Below, one piece after another: positions 32,450 through 41,028 of a stretch of 41,028 nucleotides of DNA. The translations under genes were made by a program, and so were the position numbers. Position 1 is the stretch's first letter. Every line of letters starts with the position of its first letter. The notes under the pieces are model-generated. The model ran no database searches. It worked only from the letters and a program-made list of their open reading frames with translations, and was not told the origin of the DNA. The stretch comes from Chiloscyllium plagiosum. Its lineage: Eukaryota. The stretch lies in the NCBI RefSeq assembly GCF_004010195.1, contig NC_057719.1, positions 75,272,557 to 75,313,584 on the forward strand, written 5' to 3'.

Positions 32450-34250
32450 AACTCCTGAAGCCTCAGCCTCAGTGTGAACTGTCTTTGCTAATCTACTTAC
32501 TTTGCTGACCCTGGATCAGCTTCTTGTACCTTCATTAATGAAGACATGCCAAACACCTCTCATGAACTACCCTCGTTCTTAAACAGAGTTTCATCTGCCC
32601 TAAGAGCTGTTTGTGATCTTACTGTGACTTCTGGTGATGGACTTTGTTTAGTCATTGCTTTGGTTACCTACACATGATGGAAAAATACCACAAACCAGCT
32701 CTGCGATGGCTCTATCTTTCTAGCTTCGGCTGGACCTTCCATGATTATAGGCAAAGTTATGTCTTTCACACCTGCTCAATCAAACTCAACTCCATCTACA
32801 GGTAATTTCTTACCGACCTTGATCACCACCGATGTAGACAACAAGTCATTCTCCAATTGGATCTTGTACAATGGAACTGATATACCCTGCACCTAACCCC
32901 TTTACCAACACTTTAGCTTTCAATAACTCTCTGGAGAAAAAACTAAATTCTTCTCCAGCAAAAAAAAATGAGTAACCCCTGTTTCTTTAAGTATTGTTAC
33001 GGACTTGACTGTTCCCTTTGAAGATAAAGGGGTTAACTTCCTTTTAGCTATATTTCATTTACCTTATATACGTCTTCTGTCTGTACAGTAGTGACTGCTT
33101 CTGCCCTCTTTGTTGTAGTCATAACTAAAGCCAGATCTGTGGGCCTTTCTTCTGAGTTGATTTTTATGAACCCATGAATTTCCCTCTCAACTCTAGCATT
33201 CCGGTGAATGTGTCCCACTTGGTTACGATGCAAACAAATTAGCTTCTGATTTTCACATCCAACTTCGGAATAATCCTTTCTGATCTGAGGAGGAGATTTC
33301 AGTCTACTCCCAGCTAACCATTCCTTTCCTTGGTTACTTGCCATATTTTGACTCTCACTTTCAAATTTATGAGGGTGATTTTAGTAAATATTTTCATATA
33401 TTCAATCATAATCATCAGCGATTATTGCTGCCTGGCTCACTGTTGCAAGCTCTTTGGTCCTCAACTCTGTTGATACCAATCAGTAAGTTTTTAAATTCCT
33501 TTAAGATAATAACTTCCCCAAAAGTCTCATACTTGGTTTCAGTTTCCAATGCTCTTATCCACCTGCCAAAATGACCTCGTTTAACCTTCTCGAATTCAGT
33601 GTAAATTTGCCCAAGCTATTTCCTTCTGGAACCTTTGCCTATATGACGCAAGGACTAGCACGTAAGTAGCCAAGATAGTTTTTCTAATGTCATTCATGAC
33701 CCCAAGAAACCCTTTGACTGTGAAGCATAATTTCCTCCATTTTACCTGACATAGAGTCATAGAGTCATACAGGACAGAAACAGAACCTTCGGTCCAACCA
33801 GTCCATGCCGGACGTAATCCCAAATTAAACTTGTCCAATTTCCTGCTCCTGACCCTAAACTTAATCTGCATAAGTAGTCCTCTTTAGCCCAATTATATTG
33901 CATAGCCATTTTTTTCAAATGACATGAAGACTGCTCCATATCCCTTTTGGTAGGGCCTGTTCAAATGTAAACATTTCCTTACTGGGTTTCAAATGATGAC
34001 TCAGATTCTCCCCACCAAAGCCTGCATCAGCATCTGATGTCTCATGTTTCAGCTGCACCATTTTAAGCTGATGTTCACATTCTCTCTCTTTTCTCGCTCC
34101 CTCGTTTTCCTTCTCTTTCCCCTTGCCATCCTAATTCGAGTTTTCTCATGTCCATTCTTTACATTTCCCTTTCCTTGTCTTTTTGAAAATTCCTTCTCAA
34201 CACTTCCTTCATTTTCCCCTCAGGCTCAAGCTGCTTTTGCTATAACCAAA
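32450..34250 (-). mobile_element. Decayed Gmr1-like Gypsy gag (SCAN-like capsid, zinc knuckle) and protease
   Basis: Minus fragments: KMAMQYNWAKE; DIRKTILATYVLVLASYRQRF; EVIILKEFKN; CLHRNQVGHI; SVTILKETGVTH (compare ILRDTGA); SVPLYKIQLENDLLSTSVVIKVGKKLPVDGV. Confidence 0.7.
33750..33872 (-). mobile_element. Short CR1/HE1-type 3' tail nested in the Gypsy gag
   Basis: (CATAGAGT)2 tail, then ACAGAAACAGAACCTTCGGTCCAACCAGTCCATGCC. Confidence 0.8.
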
Positions 34251-34309
34251 TATCACCTGATTCCAAAGTTTCACCACCTGTATTGTATTTCATACCTCGT
34301 TTATCAAAC

Positions 34310-34588
34310 GTAGAACAGTATGGCACAGGATCAGGCCCTTTGGCCCACGATGTTGTGCCGAGCATGATGCCAAATTAAACTGACCCCTTCTACCTGCCCT
34401 TGGCCCATATCCTTAATTCCTTGCGTATTTGTGTGCTTATTTACAAGTCTCTTAATCGTCCCTGTCTCCACCACCAACCTGGCAATACGTTCCACACTCT
34501 TACCACACTCTGTGTAAAAAAACTTGCCCCTCACATCTTCTTTGAACTTCTCCCCCCCTCACCTTAAATGTTTTAGACATTTCAACTC
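34310..34588 (-). mobile_element. CR1 LINE 3' end
   Basis: Minus RGKFFYTE...LVVETGTIKRLVNKH; 3' UTR AGGCCCTTTGGCCCACGATGTTGTGCCGA. Confidence 0.85.
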
Positions 34589-34798
34589 TTCAACACCTAA
34601 GTGGCACTGATGCCGCACACATATTCAATTATCTCTGCCTTTCCAGCTCTGAGGCAATGTTGTGTCTGGTTTACGCGCCATGTCAATCAAACTGGCTTTT
34701 CAAAGTTCCCTTATGGCAGCTAGAGACAACCCCACCGCCTGCAAGCAATCCTTTGTCATTTCCAATAGCATGTCTTAAATGCAGTAGGCAACATGATA

Positions 34799-34958
34799 CA
34801 GAGGAACCTCAGTTATTCAAAGGACTCGGGCGGGGAGTATTTCGCTCGGTTAATCAAATTCCGGATATCGAATGCCAGATAACATAGTTTAGCCAAACAT
34901 CAGGACCTTGCGATCTTGCCAGATAATCTGATATTCGGATAATCAAATGCCGGATATT
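34799..34958. mobile_element. pogo/Tigger-like MITE, second copy
   Basis: TA followed by CAGAGGAACCTC; aligns with 21933-22098. Confidence 0.7.
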
Positions 34959-36694
34959 TTCCTTCAACTATGTTATTTACTAATATCATATTCACCTTGA
35001 TACCAATGTTTGAAAGGCTATCCTAGACATGCCCCCAAACTTGGTCATGACTCATAGAGTCATTGAGTCATACAGCACAGTAACACCATGGAAATCAAGC
35101 TCTGCTTTTCCCATAGGCATCACAAAAGTTAAGGATTTTGAAATAAATACATAAATTTTCCCAATTTATCTGCATTTCAGACCCAGGTTAATAGAAAACC
35201 TGACCAATTTTCTGTTCTTAAAAGAATTACATTTTCTTACAAGTATTTAATGTCTTGCTATGGTTAAACCTACAACATTGTTAATTAAAACTCTAAAGTA
35301 TTTATAATCTCCCACTTACATACCCAAACAGATACCGAAAAAAATGGACACAGGGAGAAGCTGAGAAAAGAGTTCAATTTGTCTTTGTTCATGAGGTCTG
35401 TTGAGTTGGTTCTTCCTGAACTTTCCTTTTCTCATAGCTTCCTTTTCTGAATGTTCCACTCATTTGCAAGAGGCACATGAAGTTGGTTATTTGTGTTTGA
35501 CATATTAGTTAAAAGTCAAAGCTGCTGAAGGAAAGATAAATTGGATTTCAATAAATTTAAGGTGGGTTTGACTGCAGAGAACAGAGAGACATCCCATGAG
35601 CTGGTGGAGATCTGATCACTTCTCTCTCTATGTTGTTCCCAGCCCCAAACAGTTCAGTTACCTGATAGCCAATCACACAGTTGCTGGCAGGCAAAACTTC
35701 CTTTGTATTGATGACTGGTTACTAGTCGATACGACATCAACCTCTTCTTGTCAATCAAAGTTGAATTTGTACACAATTCCTCGGCTCCAATTTGTCTGTA
35801 ACATAACCTTCAATGACCGCGAGTTCAAACAGCTATTTCTGCAATGCTTGCCTTTAATGTCAGGTTACTTGCTTTTCAAAACATGCAGCAACCCTTCAAA
35901 ACATTGGTTTTAAAACAGACTTTCTAACTTCAGTCCACAATTTTAAAAAAACACAAACATAAAAAAGACAAGTCTTTACGAAAGTGCATAAAAGGAGGAA
36001 GTTTTGTTATTTGTTAGAAAGCACATAGGAGAAGCTGAGAAACCAGAATACAGCAATAGAAATGTTATCACCATATTGGTTAAGACAGTACAAGAGTTGC
36101 CTTCAGCTCCTGAGGTATCATCATTATATTGATTCAACCTTTGGTTCCTCATGCAGTGTTTGGTGTTTATAATGTTCAAAGAGTTGGCTTGGAACATAAG
36201 GGGAACATGTGAACATTTCTAGCCCCACAACTCATGAGTTTTCATTCCAATTCCTTCTCCTGTCCAGAGGAAGTAGTCCAAAGGATTTTGACAAGCTAAC
36301 AAACAGAGCTCTAGTGAGCATGAGCATCTGCTGGGAGTAGAAGACGAGGAGCAGACAGTAAGGCATGGAATACTGTCATCATACTTTCCACGTGCAATAT
36401 ATTGTTTCAGCCATTTTGGAATTTGCAGAATCTTGGAATACCCCCTGAACAGACATTGGAGTGTACCTATATCACATGGATTGCAGCATTTCAAGTAAGC
36501 AGTTCATTACCACCTTCTCTTTGGCAATTGAGGGTAAGCAAGAAATTCTAGCTAGTGAAGTCTACATCGAACATAGAAAATGTTTACAGCTAAGATCCAG
36601 GAATGATGCACCCTTTGGTGGGAGTGAGGTTGGGTGCAGAGTGGAGAGTGTTGGTGTAGAACCAGGGGATATGGTGTCAGAATAAGAGGCATAG

Positions 36695-37888
36695 AAAAAT
36701 CCACAAATGCTGGAATCCAAAGTAGACAGGCAGGAGTCTGGAATAACACAGCAAGCCAGGCAGCATCATGAGGTGGAGAAGTCAACATTTCATGTGTAAC
36801 CCTTCTTCAGGACTGGGGGTGGGTGTAGGGGGAGCTACAAATAAAGGGGATGGGGGGCAGGGGGGTGAAGAGGGGACAGGCGAAGACAGGTAGAGGGCAC
36901 GGCCTGGTTGGTCAGTGGGAGGAATGAATCCAGTTGGTGGCTGAAAGAAGGGTCGATAAGAGGAAGGGAAGGGAGGGGGAGAGGCTGGGAAGGGAGTCAG
37001 GAGATGGGTGGGAAGGTTATTTGAAATTGGAGTCCTCCAGGCTGTAGGCTGCCCAGGTGGAAGGTGAGGTGTTGTTCCTCCAATTTGATTCACCATGGCA
37101 ATGGAGGAAGCCAAGGAAGGTCATGTTGGAAAGGGAGTGGGGCAGGGGAATTGAAATGGGCAGTGACTGGGAGGTCCGGTTAGCCCCTGTGGGCCCGGCT
37201 CCGATGCTCGGCGAACCTTTCCCTAAGTTTATGTTCGGTCTCCCTGATGTAGAGAAGACCACATAAGGAGCACCTGATGCAGTAAACTAGGTTGGAGGAG
37301 AGGCAGGTGAACCTCTGTCTCACCTGGAAGAAGGGTTTCGGGCCCTGGATGGAGGTGAGGGGTGTCGTGTGCCGGCAGGTTTTACATCTTTTCCAGTTGC
37401 AGGGGAAGGTACCTGGGGGTTCGGCGGGGGGGGGGGGGGTGTTGGTGTTGGTGGGGACAGTGGCACAAACTAAAGACTGTCAATGTAGGTGGGAAGTGTC
37501 TGAACCAAGGGGGAGAGGATGGAGTCGAGGTTGGATGAGATGAATTTGGGGGGTAGGACCATGCCGAGACGAAGGGTCGTTCAGGGTGGTTGGGCTTGTG
37601 GATCTCGGGGAGCAGGTAGAACCAGGCATTGTAGGGCTGGGGGACTTTGAGATTGGAGGCAGTGGAGGAGGTATCACTGGAGGCATGAGGTCACGGACAG
37701 TGCGCGTGATTTTGCCCTGATGGGTTGTGGTGGGATCATGGTCAAAGGGAAGGTAGGACGTGGTGTCGCAGAGTTGGCTTTCAGCCTTTGCAAGTCTGTT
37801 CGCCTGACTACCACCGCCCCGTCTTTTTCAGCGGGCTTGATGACGAACCAGGGGTTAGTGCGGAGATACTGGAGTGCTACATGTTTCA
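36695..37888 (-). mobile_element. Internally deleted Neptune-type PLE (family D): RT N-terminus joined to GIY-YIG and 3' terminus
   Basis: Minus fragments VIKPAEKDGAVVV, WFYLLPEIHKP, LVQTLPTYID, then RFTCLSSNLVYCIRCSLCGLLYIRETEHKLRERFAEH. Degenerate hammerhead CTGAAGA-AGGGTTACACAT-GAAATGTT at about 36783-36810. Confidence 0.85.
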
Positions 37889-38155
37889 GAGTAAGAGGCG
37901 GGCCACGTAAGACTGAGTTGAGTCAGGATATCTTCATTCAGAGGGTGGTGAATCTTTGGAATTCCTTACCTCTGAGAGCTGTGGAGGTTTGGTCATTGAG
38001 TATCGTTAAGAATTAAATTGATAGATTTCTAATTATTAAAACGATTAAGGGATACGGGGTGAGTGGTGAAAATGTTGAGATAGAAGATCAGCTATGAATC
38101 AATTAAATGGTTGAGCATGCGTTTGGGGCCAAATGGCCTCTTGCTCCAATGTTCC
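37889..38155 (+). mobile_element. CR1 LINE 3' end
   Basis: KTELSQDIFIQRVVNLWNSLPLRAVE followed by 3' UTR. Confidence 0.85.
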
Positions 38156-38234
38156 TCGAGATGGTGAAGAAACCAATTACTGGAATTATCCAGGAAATGA
38201 AAACACTCTATTGATCAGGCTTTGGCTAATGACT

Positions 38235-38430
38235 GAGGGTTGATGTGATAAAGTTCTTTGAGATTGGTCAAAGGTTCAATGGGGTAAATGTAGAGAAAAT
38301 GCTTCCACTTGTGGGTATGACCAGGACAAGGGGTCATAAATATAAGCTAGGCATCAATAAATCCAATAAGCAGTTCAGAAGGAACACCTTTACCCAGAGA
38401 GGATTTGGACTGCAGAATTCATGATCAACT
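38235..38430 (+). mobile_element. CR1 LINE fragment
   Basis: EKMLPLVGMTRTRGHKYKL...FRRNTFTQR. Confidence 0.7.
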
Positions 38431-38434
38431 CAGG

Positions 38435-38815
38435 CTCAGTTGTGGCTCATTTGATAGCTCTATCGCCCCTTGATCAACAGGTTATGAATTTGAGGCCCAC
38501 TACAGGGTGCAAAAAGCAGGGCTGATCCACCGATAGTGTTGAGGGAGCGCTGCATTAAACATTTTCCCTCTAAGGTGCAGCTAAGAGATGAAATGGCACT
38601 GTTTTGAAGAATTGCAGGGGAACCACCCCTGGTATTCTCCTAATATTTATTTATATTTACCAATACAAAGAAAGTGGATTATTTGGTGCTCATGACATTG
38701 CCACTTTTGGGACCTTGCTGTGTCCAAATGGGCTGTTATGCTTCCTACATTCTGACAGTGCCCAGGCTTCAAAAGTGCAATATTGTCTTGTGGCTATGCA
38801 CTGCTCCATGTAGAG
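38435..38815 (+). mobile_element. Deu-domain SINE (SacSINE1/AmnSINE1-like)
   Basis: GAGGGAGCGCTGCA...ATGGCACTGTTTTGAAGAA...TGGGACCTTGCTGTGTCCAAATGGGCTG...TTCCTACATT...CTTCAAAAGT. Confidence 0.7.
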
Positions 38816-40144
38816 GCAATACTTGCTTTTTGACAGGGAGTAGAGAAATTGAGTATAATAGATGCATTCTAAGGAAATTACATGGGGACGTGAGGGTGAA
38901 AAGTATGAATAGACATGTTGATGAGGGTTACATGAAAAGATTTAACTGGTGGAGCACAAGCAAGGGTAAGGGCCTTCTGAGCTGAATGATTTCAGTGCTG
39001 TAAATACTTCACTGCAACCACACAATTAAGAAGTATTTTTTTCTGCACATTGGATGTGGTGAAATTATAAATTCCTTCTTTTTAAACTGCTTTCCAATCT
39101 CACTCTAGTTAGGGCTCGCAGGAATTCAGTCTCTAGCCTGTTTTGAGTTTATATTTGGAAAATGAGGCAACTACAGACCTTACTTGAAGCAAGTCCATGT
39201 ACTCACTGTGATTCCCACATATGTGCAATAACCTCAAACAAAACCTTTGGAATAGTCCTTCATGTAAAGTGTTTTTTTTTTTAATGCACTTCCCCAATCA
39301 GCCAAACAGTCTGTTGAATAAAAACAAAAACCTTAAATTCCTTAAATGGGTAACCTTTAGAAATTGGCTGCTGCCACATTTTCTCTTGTCATAACAGAAG
39401 ATCCAGACTTGGTGGGGAGAAGGGAGCACAATAAACAGATTCTATTTGATTGGCATGGCTGGAATGCATTGTGTATGATATGAGGAGAGAAACTAAGTTC
39501 ATTGCACTCATTTAGGAAGTTTAAAAAAAACTCCAGACAGGACTCCTACCCCTCCCTGAATATCACAGGAGTGATGCACTCGAAAGGCCGTCCTGAAAGC
39601 ATATGAAAATGAATAGTGATCTTCCTTCTCTAAACACTAATGGAAATCTATTAATTTATTAGCATCAACCTAAAGATTTATCGCATTTCCAGCTCAACAT
39701 TGAAGATATTTATTTTCACAAATGAAAGATTAATTCACATCATTTCACTGTACTCCAGCCAACCTGTGGGTGAAGGCAATTTTCTGATTATGTAGCTTTC
39801 ATGTACTTTGTATTTTGCTTAAATGTTCCTTAATAGATAATGAAAATATACGATCGGAAAAGATGAAAATTTCCTGTGTATGTTTAAAACAAAAAGCCAC
39901 ACACAGCGGCTGAAGTATGGCATCTGATCAGCCCAATAAGTTGTAAGATGCGATCCAAAATCAGCAGTTTCAGAGGACATCTAGCTGTAGAGTCCAATTT
40001 CTGAGGTAATCCCCTCTTATTTCTAATATTCGGCAGTCGTTTCATCTCCCTGTGCTCACTGCTCTATAATACTTTGCCAAGTTTGTCCCTGTGGGCATCA
40101 CAGTCAAGCCTGCTATGTCCTCACACATCACTCACAGTTGCAAT

Positions 40145-40255
40145 AGGGCTCTTGCAGTAGTGTCCCTACCTCTGACATTGGAGGTCTGGGTTCAAGCTCC
40201 CACCTACTCCAGAGGTGGGTCGTAGCATTTCAGAACAGGTTGGTTAAAAGTATCT
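40145..40255 (+). mobile_element. Short tRNA-derived SINE-like repeat, second copy
   Basis: B box-like GGGTTCAAGCTCC; matches 9650-9760. Confidence 0.7.
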
Positions 40256-40691
40256 AACCCACATTTGCACAACTCTCAAAGAGGATTCTAGAGAGGCCCA
40301 ACAAGGTGGCAGCAGCCTGAATTTAGGCCAATGTCTAAGAAAAAGTGAGGCCGTTGCATGCAATCCCAAGTATATAATGCTATTGCAGGTTGAACACATA
40401 TAAACACACACAGAAACATGCCTTATATTTTCTATAACTAATTCTGAAGCTAACTGTAGCATTCTGTAATGTTACATTACTCACAGTGAACTCGCACATC
40501 AGGATTTGTTACCCACTCTACAATGCCCAAACGTCAACAAGAATCCCGAAGAGCTGTTGCAGATTCCACTAGAGCTGGGAAACATTTAAATCTGGCCTTA
40601 GACCAGAGATTTTAGTATTGCCTCCCATCTTAAGTAAGTCCATTGATACAGGGAGGGATAGGCAAACATGGGGCTACAGACTCTCAGTGCT

Positions 40692-41028
40692 CTCCCGGTC
40701 CCCAACGCCTTATCTTCACCATGGACATCCAGTCCCTGTACACCTCCATCCCCCATCACGAAGGACTCAAAGCCCTCCGCTTCTTCCTTTCCCGCCGTAC
40801 GGACCAGTACCCTTCCACTGACACCCTCCTTCGACTGACTGAACTGGTCCTCACCCTGAACAACTTCTCTTTCCAATCCTCCCACTTCCTCCAAACGAAA
40901 GGAGTAGCGATGGGCACCCGCATGGGCCCCAGCTATGTCTGCCTCTTCGTAGGATATGTGGAACAGTCCATCTTCCGCAACTACACTGGCCCCACCCCCC
41001 ACCTTTTCCTCCGCTACATCGATAACTG
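40692..41028 (+). mobile_element. 5'-truncated PLE reverse transcriptase core, running off the window end
   Basis: Open frame PGPQRLIFTMDIQSLYTSIPH...LVLTLNNFSF...QTKGVAMGTRMGPSY...FLRYIDN with typical PLE RT motifs. Confidence 0.93.

Noticed and set aside
36268..36357. 90-nt exon-like segment with a good acceptor and a GTAAGG donor
   Set aside because: All three frames contain stops, and a non-coding exon cannot be supported without transcripts.
36219..36494. Minus ORF with faint piggyBac-like FRG...QYI..KY wording
   Set aside because: Motif spacing does not fit, and no TIR or TTAA structure was found.
40598..41002. 134-aa minus ORF
   Set aside because: It is the antisense shadow of the PLE RT frame.

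Overview
Repeat-rich intergenic or intronic vertebrate DNA, almost certainly from a shark. HE1-type V-SINEs, CR1/HER1 LINE 3' ends and Deu-domain SINEs point to Elasmobranchii; this is family recognition, not a database hit. I found no convincing host protein-coding exon, rRNA, tRNA gene or CRISPR array. Identifiable content: at least 4 families of Penelope-like elements (PLEs, GIY-YIG plus RT fragments), decayed CR1/RTE/L2-like LINEs, three Gypsy-type LTR retrotransposon remnants, DNA-transposon MITEs and two unrelated 33-bp minisatellites. Strongest signal: seven short palindromic PLE insertions from three families. Six share one architecture: an 11-16 bp target-site duplication, inverted arms, and a 35-48 nt unpaired tail on one arm. 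Their arms carry minimal hammerhead-ribozyme motifs, and three cores look intact. Also notable: a ~22-copy 33-bp minisatellite whose minus frame reads as tandem ITAM-consensus motifs, a LINE beginning with a tRNA-like head that is shared with a short SINE-like derivative, and two near-perfect local duplications of non-repeat DNA. Boundaries of old repeats were read by eye and are approximate.
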